From: Rhodothermales bacterium
GTDB lineage: Bacteria > Bacteroidota > Rhodothermia > Rhodothermales > VXPQ01
Length of the DNA stretch: 11,488 nt
Direction: 5' to 3'
NCBI GenBank assembly: GCA_040904565.1
Contig: JBBDTI010000039.1
Location: 1 to 11,488, forward strand
The notes below the pieces were generated by a model. That model ran no database searches. It was not told where the DNA came from and saw only the letters and a list, made by a program, of their open reading frames with translations. The number at the start of each line of letters is the position of its first letter. The first letter of the stretch is position 1. Below, piece by piece: positions 1 to 9,055 of the stretch. Both the position numbers and the translations under genes were made by a program.

Positions 1-1306
1 CACCGCGCCAGAATCGGCGCATGGCGTCGCGAAATCGGCCGTTCCATTCGGTCCACAGCCAGGGGAAGCTGCCGACCTGATATCCACCCGGACCGACATC
101 CCACGGCTCCGCGATCAGCTTCACCTGACTGAGCACGGGATCCTGCTGGATGAGCGTAAAGAAGGCCGAGAGCATGTTGATCTCGTACAGCTCTCTGGCG
201 AGTGCCGCGGCCAGGTCGAAGCGGAAACCGTCCACGTGCATCTCGAGGACCCAATACCGCAGGCTGTCCATGATGAGCTGGAGTACGTGCGGGTTGCCGG
301 CGTCCAGCGTGTTGCCGGTCCCGGTATAGTCCATCAAGAAGCGGGAATTGTCCGGATTCTCCTTGTAGTAGGAGAGATTGTCGATTCCGCGGAAGGACAA
401 AGTCGGCCCGAGCCGGTTCCCCTCCGCCGTGTGATTGTATACGACGTCGATGATCACTTCAAAGCCCGCGGCGTGGAGGGCCCGGACCATCAGCTTGAAT
501 TCGCGCACGGCCGCGAGCGGCCCTTCGCTGCAATATTCCGGTTCCGGCGCGAAGTAGGCCAGCGTGTTGTAGCCCCAGTACTGCGCGAGTCCCTGCTCGA
601 CGAGCCGCTTATCCTGGACCTTCGCGTGTACGGGGAGCAGCTGGATGGTCGTCACGCCCAACGCCCTGAGATGCTCGATCACGGGGTCGGACACCAGCCC
701 GAGGTACGTTCCCCGGAACGCTTCCGGAACGTCGGGATGGAGCTTCGTGATGCCCTTTACGTGCGTCTCGTAGATGATGGTGTCTTCCCACGGGATATGA
801 GGGGAGCTATCATCACCCCATTCGAACGACTCTTCGACAACGGCCCCGAGCGGAGCGAACGGAGCGCTGTCGAGCTCGCTATAGCTCAGATCCTCGTCTT
901 CCGATTCCAGGTCGTAGCCGAACAGACTGTCGTCCCATTCGAGCGGACGTCCTACCGCCTTGGCGTAAGGATCCAGCAAGATCTTGTTCGGATTGAACCG
1001 ATGGCCCCTCTCGGGATCGTGGGGACCGTAAACGCGGTAACCGTATAGCTGACCCGGCCTCAGGTTCGGGACGTATCCGTGCCAGATCGGGCCCGTCACC
1101 TCCGGCAGTTCGAGAACCGCCGCCGGCTGCTCGTCGTCCGCACGATCGAACAAAACGAGCTCGATTTTCGTGGCTTGCTCGCTGTAGAGGGCAAAATTTA
1201 CGCCGTGCCCGTCCCAATCCGCCCCCATCGGAAACGGTTGGCCGGGCCACATTCCGGATTCGCCGCGGGTCGTGGGACCCGATTCATCCACGTTTGTCTC
1301 ATCCAT
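1..1306 (-). CDS. glgX: Glycogen debranching enzyme/isoamylase GlgX (GH13), 5' part only; runs off the left edge
   Basis: Hand translation from ATG 1306 gives [54 protein letters not shown], a typical GlgX N-terminus. The same frame later has [14 protein letters not shown] (nucleophile Asp), [19 protein letters not shown] (acid/base Glu) and [16 protein letters not shown] at the edge. An alternative start is ATG 1252. Confidence 0.95.
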   Translation of the reverse strand, partial: MDETNVDESGPTTRGESGMWPGQPFPMGADWDGHGVNFALYSEQATKIELVLFDRADDEQPAAVLELPEVTGPIWHGYVPNLRPGQLYGYRVYGPHDPERGHRFNPNKILLDPYAKAVGRPLEWDDSLFGYDLESEDEDLSYSELDSAPFAPLGAVVEESFEWGDDSSPHIPWEDTIIYETHVKGITKLHPDVPEAFRGTYLGLVSDPVIEHLRALGVTTIQLLPVHAKVQDKRLVEQGLAQYWGYNTLAYFAPEPEYCSEGPLAAVREFKLMVRALHAAGFEVIIDVVYNHTAEGNRLGPTLSFRGIDNLSYYKENPDNSRFLMDYTGTGNTLDAGNPHVLQLIMDSLRYWVLEMHVDGFRFDLAAALARELYEINMLSAFFTLIQQDPVLSQVKLIAEPWDVGPGGYQVGSFPWLWTEWNGRFRDAMRRFWRG

Positions 1307-1370
1307 CGTATCTATCCACAACGCCTCGACCGTATCGGCGAGCGGGAAACGTTATTTTATTCACAGATCA

Positions 1371-1391
1371 TTGTTACGCGTTACGTGACAA
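1371..1391. promoter_or_regulatory. Imperfect inverted repeat, possible operator in the divergent glgX/glgE promoter region
   Basis: TTGTTACG-N5-CGTGACAA (7/8 dyad match), next to an AT-rich tract at ~1350-1372. Confidence 0.3.
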
Positions 1392-1543
1392 CGTTCGGCG
1401 GCGCATTCCGTATCGCCTTCGCCACAACCCTGGAAGGAGAATCTGGAAGCTCTGGTAACGAGGCCATCGAGTTTGACCTTTGTCCAGGAGCATGCATATT
1501 ACATGGTGGCGCGCGGAGAGGACGCTATGGTCGTTCGTCACGC

Positions 1544-1590
1544 TCCGGGGTCCGCGCCTTTGTAGACGACCCCGGACGCTTTAGTTTCTT
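1544..1590 (+). terminator. Terminator-like hairpin about 100 bp upstream of glgE
   Basis: Perfect 9-bp stem TCCGGGGTC (1544-1552)/GACCCCGGA (1568-1576), followed by CGCTTTAGTTTCTT. The 15-nt loop is large and the U-tract is interrupted. Confidence 0.35.
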
Positions 1591-1689
1591 GAGTTTCTGC
1601 TTGAGTTTCGCGGTCCGGTTGATTCCGGATGCCGCTCGCCGCGCGTCCGCGTCTCGCGTTCGAATCTACTCAATCAATTTTTTCCATAC

Positions 1690-3675
1690 ATGGTGGACAA
1701 CACCTTGCCTTCGAAATGGTCACGCGTCGTTCTTGCATGGATCAAGCCCGTCGTCGACGGTGGCCGGTGGCCGGTAAAAAGATCCGTCGGAGAAACCGTA
1801 ACCGTAACCGCGGCGTGGATAGCCGACGGTCATAACAAGATCGCCGGCGAGCTCTTCTTCCGGGACGAAGACGACGAAGAGGACCGTGTGCGCCGCATGG
1901 AGCTGCTCCATAACGACGAGTATCAGGCCTCCTTCGACGTCGATCGCCTGGGACGCTATACGTATCGCGTTCGTGCTTGGATCGATCGGTTCGCAACGTG
2001 GCAGGATCAGTACAAGCGACGCGTCGAGGGGGGCGACACCGAGTACGAGATCAAGAGCGAGCTCCTGGACGGAGCCGCCCTCCTGCGCGAGGCGGCCGAG
2101 GCCGCCGAAGAGCCGGATGCCGGCGAACTGCTGCGCTATGCCGAGGCCTTCGAGGACGGCGACGTGGAGGCAGCACTCAACCAGACCGTACTGAAACTCG
2201 CGCAATCCAACGATCCCCGCAAGGGGGCTGTCGTCAGCGAGACGTACGAGCTGCAGGCCGACCCGGAGCTGGCCCGGTTCGCGGCGTGGTACGAGTTTTT
2301 TCCGCGATCGGCTCCGACGAAAAACGAAAACGGGCATGCCACGCTGAACGATGCGGCCAAGCTTCTCCCCCGCATCAAGGAGATGGGATTTGACGTGGTC
2401 TATCTTCCGCCCGTCCACCCCATCGGTCGAACGCACCGCAAGGGAAAGGACAACGCGCCAACGGCAGCGCCCGACGAGCCTGGAAGTCCGTGGGCGATCG
2501 GCGCCGGCGAGGGAGGCCACAAGACCGTCCACCCCGACCTGGGCGGACTGGAAGCGTTCGATCGATTCGTCTCGGAGGCGGACGAACTGGGACTGGCCGT
2601 GGCGCTGGACATCGCGTTTCAGACGTCACCGGACCATCCCTACGTCAAGAAGCATCCCGACTGGTTCAAGCAGCGTCCCGACGGGTCGATTCGTTACGCG
2701 GAGAATCCACCCAAGAAGTATCAGGACGTCTATCCCATCAATTTCGAGTCGGCGGACTGGAAGAATCTGTGGGCCGAGCTGAAGAGCGTCTTCGAGTTCT
2801 GGATCGAGCGCGGCGTCAAGGTCTTTCGCGTCGACAATCCGCACACGAAACCCTTCGCCTTCTGGGAATGGTGCCTGGGCGAGCTGCGAAGAGAACACCC
2901 GGAGACGGTCTACCTGGCCGAGGCGTTTTCCAGGCCGAAGATCATGTACCAGCTGGCCAAATTGGGGTACAACAACTCCTACACCTACTTCACCTGGCGC
3001 AACACGAAAGAGGAGCTCGTCTCGTACTGCCTCGAGCTGTACGACACGGAGGTCGGTGACTTTTTCCGGCCCAACTTCTGGCCGAACACGCCCGATATCC
3101 TTCACGACTACCTGGTGCACGGCGGCCGGCCGGCGCACGTCATCCGCTTCGTGCTCGCCGCCACCCTCTCCTCCGCGTACGGCCTCTACGGCCCGCCGTA
3201 CGAGCACGTGGACAACCGCCGGCATCCCGATCGCGAGGAGTATGCCAACAATGAGAAATACGAGGTCCGGTCCTGGAACTGGCACGACCCGAGCTCCCTC
3301 CAGCCGCTCATCAAGCGCGTGAACGCGATTCGGCGCGAGAATTCCGCTCTGCATCACATGCGGAACGTGACGTTTCACGAGACCGACAGCGCGCATCTCC
3401 TCGCCTACTCGAAACGTCACGAAGACAACCTCATTCTGGTCATCGTCAACCTGGATCCGTATCACGAACATCAGGGTTGGGTGCACCTTCCGCTCGATGA
3501 ACTCGACATTCCCGAAGAACGACCCTACGAGATGCACGACATGCTGGGCGGCGAGCGCTACTACTGGAGCGGGGCGGACAACTTCGTGAAGCTCTCCCCC
3601 CACGTGACGCCGGTCCACATCTTCCGCGTCTACAACCACCCGCGAAGGGAGAGCGATTTTGATTATTTCGTATGA
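1690..3675 (+). CDS. glgE: Alpha-1,4-glucan:maltose-1-phosphate maltosyltransferase GlgE (GH13_3)
   Basis: 661 aa with PVVDGGRWPVKR, AWYEFFPRS, YLPPVHPIG, RKGKDN, YAENPPKKYQDVYP, FRVDNPHTKP (nucleophile Asp), YLAEAF (acid/base Glu), FWPNTPDIL and EKYE, all characteristic of GlgE. Confidence 0.97.
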   Translation: MVDNTLPSKWSRVVLAWIKPVVDGGRWPVKRSVGETVTVTAAWIADGHNKIAGELFFRDEDDEEDRVRRMELLHNDEYQASFDVDRLGRYTYRVRAWIDRFATWQDQYKRRVEGGDTEYEIKSELLDGAALLREAAEAAEEPDAGELLRYAEAFEDGDVEAALNQTVLKLAQSNDPRKGAVVSETYELQADPELARFAAWYEFFPRSAPTKNENGHATLNDAAKLLPRIKEMGFDVVYLPPVHPIGRTHRKGKDNAPTAAPDEPGSPWAIGAGEGGHKTVHPDLGGLEAFDRFVSEADELGLAVALDIAFQTSPDHPYVKKHPDWFKQRPDGSIRYAENPPKKYQDVYPINFESADWKNLWAELKSVFEFWIERGVKVFRVDNPHTKPFAFWEWCLGELRREHPETVYLAEAFSRPKIMYQLAKLGYNNSYTYFTWRNTKEELVSYCLELYDTEVGDFFRPNFWPNTPDILHDYLVHGGRPAHVIRFVLAATLSSAYGLYGPPYEHVDNRRHPDREEYANNEKYEVRSWNWHDPSSLQPLIKRVNAIRRENSALHHMRNVTFHETDSAHLLAYSKRHEDNLILVIVNLDPYHEHQGWVHLPLDELDIPEERPYEMHDMLGGERYYWSGADNFVKLSPHVTPVHIFRVYNHPRRESDFDYFV

Positions 3676-3713
3676 ATCGGTTGACCGACTACCGCTAACC
3701 GTCTGACCGAGTA

Positions 3714-6700
3714 ATGACCGACTTCCTCACGGACCCATCCTGGTACAAGGATGCCGTCATCTACGAGCTGCACGTCCGCTCGTTTTATGATGCATCCAAC
3801 GACGGGTATGGCGACTTCGAAGGACTGCGACGCAAGCTTCCCTATCTCGAGTCACTGGGCGTGAATACGCTGTGGCTTCTGCCGTTTCTGGAGAGTCCCC
3901 TGAAAGACGACGGCTACGACACGGCCGACTACTTCAAGGTGCTGCCCGTCCACGGGACGATAGACGACTTTAAGGCATTCCTCAAAGAAGCCCACAACCG
4001 GGGAATGCGCGTGATCACGGAGCTGGTGCTCAACCACACATCCGACCAGCACCCCTGGTTTCAGGAGGCCCGTGATCCTTCGTCGGAAAAACACGACTGG
4101 TACGTCTGGGGCGATACCACGGAACGATACGGCGACGCGCGCATCATCTTCACGGATACGGAGGTGTCGAACTGGTCGTGGGACCGGCAGGCGGGCAAGT
4201 ACTACTGGCATCGCTTCTTCAGCCACCAGCCCGACCTGAATTACGACAATCCCGACGTTCGTGCCGAGATGAAGGAAGTGCTCTTCTACTGGCTGGATAT
4301 GGGTGTGGATGGACTCCGGCTCGACGCCGTGCCCTATCTCTACGAGCGGGAGGGCACGAACTGTGAGAACCTGCCGGAGACGATCGACTATCTAAAGGAG
4401 CTTCGATCGGCCATCGAAGAGCGTTACGGCCCCGGTAAGATCATGCTGGCCGAGGCGAATCAGTGGCCGGAGGATACCCTGCCGTATTTCGCCGACGGCG
4501 AGGGCGTGCAGATGGCCTTCAATTTTCCCATCATGCCGCGCATGTACATGGCGCTGCGTAGAGAAAACCGGCACCCTATCGTAGAGATGCTCGAGCTGAC
4601 GAGCGGCATCCCGGATGAGTGCCAGTGGGCCATCTTTCTTCGCAATCATGACGAGCTGACCCTCGAAATGGTGACCGACGAGGAACGCGACTACATGTAC
4701 CACGAGTATGCGGCCGAGCCTCGTTTCCGCATCAACGTGGGCATTCGCCGTCGCCTGGCCCCCCTGCTGGGCGGCGAACGGAAGCGCATCGAGTTGATGA
4801 ACGCGCTCCTCCTCTCCCTTAAGGGGAGCCCGATCCTGTACTACGGCGATGAAATCGGGATGGGTGACGACCCCTTCCTGGGCGATCGCAACGGTGTACG
4901 CACGCCCATGCAGTGGAGCCCGGATAAAAATGCCGGCTTTTCACGGGCGTCCCATCACCGGCTCTTCATGCCCACGATCGGACGCGGGCCGTTCAGTTAC
5001 GAGTTCGTCAATGTGGAGGAGGCGGAGGCGGATCCCTACTCGTTGTTGAACTTTATGAAACGCCTTCTCGCCATCCGCAACCGGCATACGAAAGTCTTCG
5101 GGCGCGGCTCGATTGAGCTGCTGCCCCTCGAGAACCAGCACGTGCTGGCCTTCGTGCGCGAATATGAGGACGAGAAGATACTGGTCGTGGCCAACCTGTC
5201 CCGCTTCGCCCAGTCCATCTTCCTGTCTGACTCGGATACCTACAGGGGCTACACGCCGGTCGAACTGTTCAGCCAGTCGCCGTTCCCCGCGATCGGGGAC
5301 TCGCCCTATCACATGCTCCTGGGACCGCATGGATTTTTCTGGTTTAGCCTCGAACCCGAAGAATCGGTTTCGGCTGAGCGCTTGCAAGGCGTGCAGATGC
5401 GCCCGGACCAGCGGTCCGAAGACCTCCCGGTACTCTCGGTGGCGGAGGGCATCCAGAACCTCCTCGTTCGCACCATGGTGCGAGATCGGGGCATGAAGCA
5501 TCTGGAGAGCTTGCTGCCGGATTACGTCGCCGACCAGCGGTGGTACGGAGAAAAGGACCGGGGCATCGCGTCGATCGAGATCGACGACGCCGTCCGCCTT
5601 CAGACCAACCCCTTCCCGATCTATCTGACGCTGCTGCGCGTCCGGACCGTAGACGACTCGGAAAGCCTGTATGTGCTCCCGTTGACGCTGAGTTTCGACG
5701 GGGCGGCCGATGCCGTGCTCGACGAACACGACGGGTCGGTCATCGCCTGGGTAGATGGGCCGGACGGACGCGGCCTGCTGCACGATGCCACGGTGCGGCC
5801 AGATTTCTGGCTCCGTCTGTTTCGCTGGTGGCTCAAAGGGGGACGTGGGCGGTCCCTCCGGGGCGTCTATAAGGCATCCATCGACCGGAGCATCAGTCAC
5901 GACGCGGTAGAGACGGCTACGCTCCTCTCCGGCGAGCAGAGCAACTCATCCGCCATCATCGACGATCGGTTCTTCATCAAACTCTATCGGCGGATGGAGG
6001 AGGGTACGAATCCGGAGACCGAGCTACTCCACTATCTCACCGACGCCGGCTTCAAGTTTATCCCGCAGCTCTACGGCCGTGTTACGTTTCGGGCCGGCAA
6101 ACGGGAGTATGCGATGGGCATTCTCCAGGACGCACTGCCCGTCGAAACGGACGGCTGGAACCGCGCGATCGACATCACCCACCGTTTCTTCGAACGCGTT
6201 TCCGAGATGACGCCCCCGGCAGGCGCCCTACCAAAACATTTCGATGATGACGTACCTGGATGGCTCGAAGACGTCGCGCCTGAAATGCTTTCCCTGGCCC
6301 GGTTGTTGGGCATCCGAACCGCCGAGATGCACCTGGCGCTGGCCCGAGCCGAAGACGGGGATCTCACCCCCCTCCCGGGTTCGGATCGAGATGTCGTCGA
6401 TCTCGTCGATCGCATTCGGGGCGAATCGGCCGAGACGCGGCGCATGCTGGCGCGGCACGACGACCGGCTGGCAGACCTGCCGCGGGCCGCGGAATGGGAC
6501 GCCGGGCTCGATTTTCTGGAGCGCGTCACGGCGGCAGACGACCCACCCGACAAGATTCGCATTCACGGCGACTTCCACCTCGGACAGGTCCTTCTCGCCG
6601 CCGGCGAACTGTACATTCTCGACTTCGAGGGCGAACCCGCTCGAAGTCTGGAAGAACGGCGTCGCCGCGACATCGCCCTGCGTGACGTAGCAGGCATGCT

Positions 6701-7067
6701 TCGGTCGCTCGAATATGCGGTGCTGGCGGCCTGGAACGATCAGCGAGACGGCCGGCAAGGCGGCGAAGACAAGCTCGGGGGCTGGGCGCGCGCCCTCACG
6801 CACTGGTGCGAGGCCGTGTTTCAGTCGGCCTACTTCGGCACGGCCGGGGACGCCGGCTTCCTTCCTTCGGAGGAGGCGCGTCGAAGCTACCTGTGGGCCT
6901 TCCTCTTCGACAAAGCGCTCTACGAGGTACGATACGAGCTAAACCACCGTCCAACCTGGACCTGGCTGCCGCTCCGCGGTCTGAAGCGTCTGCTCGCTGA
7001 GGCGCGGATGGAGCCGGATGCGCCCACCGACGAACCTACCGGGAAACTCACGGATAAATCCGATTGA
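3714..7067 (+). CDS. treS: Trehalose synthase TreS fused to maltokinase (Pep2/Mak)
   Basis: 1117 aa. The N-terminal ~550 aa is TreS: [64 protein letters not shown]. The C-terminal half is maltokinase: [62 protein letters not shown]. Confidence 0.96.
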   Translation: MTDFLTDPSWYKDAVIYELHVRSFYDASNDGYGDFEGLRRKLPYLESLGVNTLWLLPFLESPLKDDGYDTADYFKVLPVHGTIDDFKAFLKEAHNRGMRVITELVLNHTSDQHPWFQEARDPSSEKHDWYVWGDTTERYGDARIIFTDTEVSNWSWDRQAGKYYWHRFFSHQPDLNYDNPDVRAEMKEVLFYWLDMGVDGLRLDAVPYLYEREGTNCENLPETIDYLKELRSAIEERYGPGKIMLAEANQWPEDTLPYFADGEGVQMAFNFPIMPRMYMALRRENRHPIVEMLELTSGIPDECQWAIFLRNHDELTLEMVTDEERDYMYHEYAAEPRFRINVGIRRRLAPLLGGERKRIELMNALLLSLKGSPILYYGDEIGMGDDPFLGDRNGVRTPMQWSPDKNAGFSRASHHRLFMPTIGRGPFSYEFVNVEEAEADPYSLLNFMKRLLAIRNRHTKVFGRGSIELLPLENQHVLAFVREYEDEKILVVANLSRFAQSIFLSDSDTYRGYTPVELFSQSPFPAIGDSPYHMLLGPHGFFWFSLEPEESVSAERLQGVQMRPDQRSEDLPVLSVAEGIQNLLVRTMVRDRGMKHLESLLPDYVADQRWYGEKDRGIASIEIDDAVRLQTNPFPIYLTLLRVRTVDDSESLYVLPLTLSFDGAADAVLDEHDGSVIAWVDGPDGRGLLHDATVRPDFWLRLFRWWLKGGRGRSLRGVYKASIDRSISHDAVETATLLSGEQSNSSAIIDDRFFIKLYRRMEEGTNPETELLHYLTDAGFKFIPQLYGRVTFRAGKREYAMGILQDALPVETDGWNRAIDITHRFFERVSEMTPPAGALPKHFDDDVPGWLEDVAPEMLSLARLLGIRTAEMHLALARAEDGDLTPLPGSDRDVVDLVDRIRGESAETRRMLARHDDRLADLPRAAEWDAGLDFLERVTAADDPPDKIRIHGDFHLGQVLLAAGELYILDFEGEPARSLEERRRRDIALRDVAGMLRSLEYAVLAAWNDQRDGRQGGEDKLGGWARALTHWCEAVFQSAYFGTAGDAGFLPSEEARRSYLWAFLFDKALYEVRYELNHRPTWTWLPLRGLKRLLAEARMEPDAPTDEPTGKLTDKSD

Positions 7068-7116
7068 CTCGCTTGCCGGCGAACATCTTCATTCTCCAAA
7101 CCAGACGTTCCGACCT

Positions 7117-8988
7117 ATGTCCTGGCTCGATAACGACGACATCCGGCGCTGGAACGACGGCGCCTTCCACACGAGCTACGAAAAACTCGGCGCCCATCCC
7201 AACAGCCAGGGAACGTGGTTTGCCGTGTGGGCGCCGTGGGCCGACTCCGTGTCGGTCCTGGGCGACTTCAACGACTGGGATCCCGACGCGCACGCGTTGA
7301 AGCGCAACGATGCGGGGATATGGGAAGGGTACGTCCGGGGAGCGCGGGTAGATCAGCGCTACAAGTACCGGATCCGCCGCGGGATGTATACGGTCGACAA
7401 GACGGATCCCTATGCGTTTGCCATGGAGGCCCCGACCGCGCGCGGCGACACGTCGGCCGGACTCGCCTCCATCATCTGCGACCTCGAGTACTCGTGGTCG
7501 GACGGCGCCTGGCTGGACGAGCGAGGCGGCCCCGAATCCCTCAACCAGCCCGTCTCCATCTACGAAGTACACCTCGGTTCGTGGCGCAAGCAGGGAGATT
7601 ACTCCATGAGCTACCGCGAGATCGCCGAACCGCTGGCCGACCACGTTCAAGAGCTTGGATTCACGCACGTAGAGCTCATGCCGGTGATGGAGCATCCCTT
7701 CTACGGCTCGTGGGGATACCAGGTCTTAGGCTACTACGCACCGACCTTTCGCTTCGGCAAGCCGGGAGACTTCAAGTATATGGTCGACTACCTCCACCAG
7801 CGCGGCATCGGGGTGCTGCTCGACTGGGTCCCCGCGCATTTCGCTACGGACCCGCAGGGGCTCGTCTTTTTCGACGGAAGTACCCTCTACGAGTACGACG
7901 ATCCCGGGATGAGGTATCATCCCGACTGGGGCACGTACGTGTTCGATTATCACAAGCCGGGCGTGAAAAATTTCCTCGTTTCGAACGCGCTGTTCTGGCT
8001 GAAAGAATATCACATCGACGGGCTCCGATTCGACGCCGTCGCATCCATGCTGTACCGCGATTACTCACGCGGTGAATCGTGGTCTCCGAACATGTTCGGC
8101 GGACGGGAAAATCTCGAGGCCATCGATCTGCTCAAGCAGGTCAACGAAACGGCCTATACCGAGGTACCCGACGTGATGATGATCGCCGAGGAGTCGACCG
8201 CGTACCCGGGCGTGTCGCAGCCCACCTACAACGGCGGACTCGGCTTCCTCTATAAGTGGAACATGGGCTGGATGCACGACACCCTCGAGTATATGAAAGA
8301 GGATCCCGTCCATCGCAAGTACCACCACGACAACCTCACCTTTCCGCTCGTTTACGCGTTCTCGGAGCATTTCACGCTTCCGCTGTCACATGACGAGGTC
8401 GTTCACGGCAAGGGCTCTCTCTGGTCCAGAATGCCGGGCGATCCGTGGCAGAAGGCGGCCAATATGCGCCTGCTATACGGACATCAGGTCGGACATCCGG
8501 GGAAGAAGCTGGTGTTCATGGGATCGGAGTTCGGGCAGGAGAGGGAATGGACGCACGACCATTCGGTCGATTGGCACCTTCTCGACGACCCGCTGCACGA
8601 GGGTATCATGGGGTGGGTGAAGGATATCTTCGGATTGTACCGGGAGCGTCCGGCGCTCTGGGATGACGGTCCGGAGGGATTCGAATGGATCGATTTCGGC
8701 GATCGCGAGAACAGCACCATCAGCTACATCCGGCGCTCAGGCGACAGCAAGCTCCTGTTCGTGTTGAACTTCACGCCCGTTCCCCGAACGAACTATCGGA
8801 TCGGGGTCCCCGACGATGGACGGTGGCGCGAGGTGCTCAACTCCGACGCCGAGACGTATGGTGGAGGCGGCATGGGCAATTTCGGCGGCGTGGACACGCA
8901 CCCGGTGCCCTTCCACGGGCGCCCACATTCGCTCGTGCTTACGTTGCCTGCGCTGAGCGTCACAATCCTCGAACCCGAGGGCCGTTGA
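7117..8988 (+). CDS. glgB: 1,4-alpha-glucan branching enzyme GlgB (GH13_9), short N-terminus form
   Basis: Motifs [69 protein letters not shown] and [14 protein letters not shown] place the start at ATG 7117 (MSWLDNDD, 623 aa). The track's 7018 start overlaps treS and adds residues with no recognisable GlgB character. Confidence 0.96.
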   Translation: MSWLDNDDIRRWNDGAFHTSYEKLGAHPNSQGTWFAVWAPWADSVSVLGDFNDWDPDAHALKRNDAGIWEGYVRGARVDQRYKYRIRRGMYTVDKTDPYAFAMEAPTARGDTSAGLASIICDLEYSWSDGAWLDERGGPESLNQPVSIYEVHLGSWRKQGDYSMSYREIAEPLADHVQELGFTHVELMPVMEHPFYGSWGYQVLGYYAPTFRFGKPGDFKYMVDYLHQRGIGVLLDWVPAHFATDPQGLVFFDGSTLYEYDDPGMRYHPDWGTYVFDYHKPGVKNFLVSNALFWLKEYHIDGLRFDAVASMLYRDYSRGESWSPNMFGGRENLEAIDLLKQVNETAYTEVPDVMMIAEESTAYPGVSQPTYNGGLGFLYKWNMGWMHDTLEYMKEDPVHRKYHHDNLTFPLVYAFSEHFTLPLSHDEVVHGKGSLWSRMPGDPWQKAANMRLLYGHQVGHPGKKLVFMGSEFGQEREWTHDHSVDWHLLDDPLHEGIMGWVKDIFGLYRERPALWDDGPEGFEWIDFGDRENSTISYIRRSGDSKLLFVLNFTPVPRTNYRIGVPDDGRWREVLNSDAETYGGGGMGNFGGVDTHPVPFHGRPHSLVLTLPALSVTILEPEGR

Positions 8989-9053
8989 TAATTTGCGCAG
9001 CTCCGCCGGCCCTCCGGGAACTGTAATTCCTCAGGCTTCGAGGGCCGTTGATA
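8976..9053. repeat. 15-bp direct repeat duplicating the glgB 3' end
   Basis: CGAGGGCCGTTGATA at 8976-8990 and 9039-9053, 63 bp apart. Confidence 0.85.
9007..9047. terminator. Possible hairpin between the convergent glgB and histidine kinase genes
   Basis: CGGCCCTC (9007-9014) pairs with GAGGGCCG (9040-9047), with an inner GGAA/TTCC stem. There is no clear U-tract. Confidence 0.3.
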
Positions 9054-9055
9054 GG

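Noticed and set aside
236-1048. 270-aa plus-strand ORF
   Set aside because: Antisense shadow of glgX, which has clear GH13 motifs on the minus strand.
1492-1584. Small ORFs in the glgE leader (MHITWWRAERTLW..., MVARGEDAMVVRHAPGSAPL)
   Set aside because: SD-like spacing is poor and I have no homology or conservation evidence. A Trp-rich attenuator peptide makes no sense for glucan genes.
1079-1777. 232-aa plus-strand ORF spanning the intergenic region
   Set aside because: Overlaps glgX antisense and glgE out of frame, with no recognisable motifs.
7018-7116. N-terminal extension of glgB in the ORF track
   Set aside because: Overlaps the treS 3' end by 50 bp and shows no GlgB character; ATG 7117 fits better.
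1720-8928. Long antisense and alternative-frame ORFs inside glgE, treS and glgB (e.g. 2626-3639, 4941-5900, 7215-8075)
   Set aside because: Expected in GC-rich DNA with strong codon bias, and none carries a recognisable domain.
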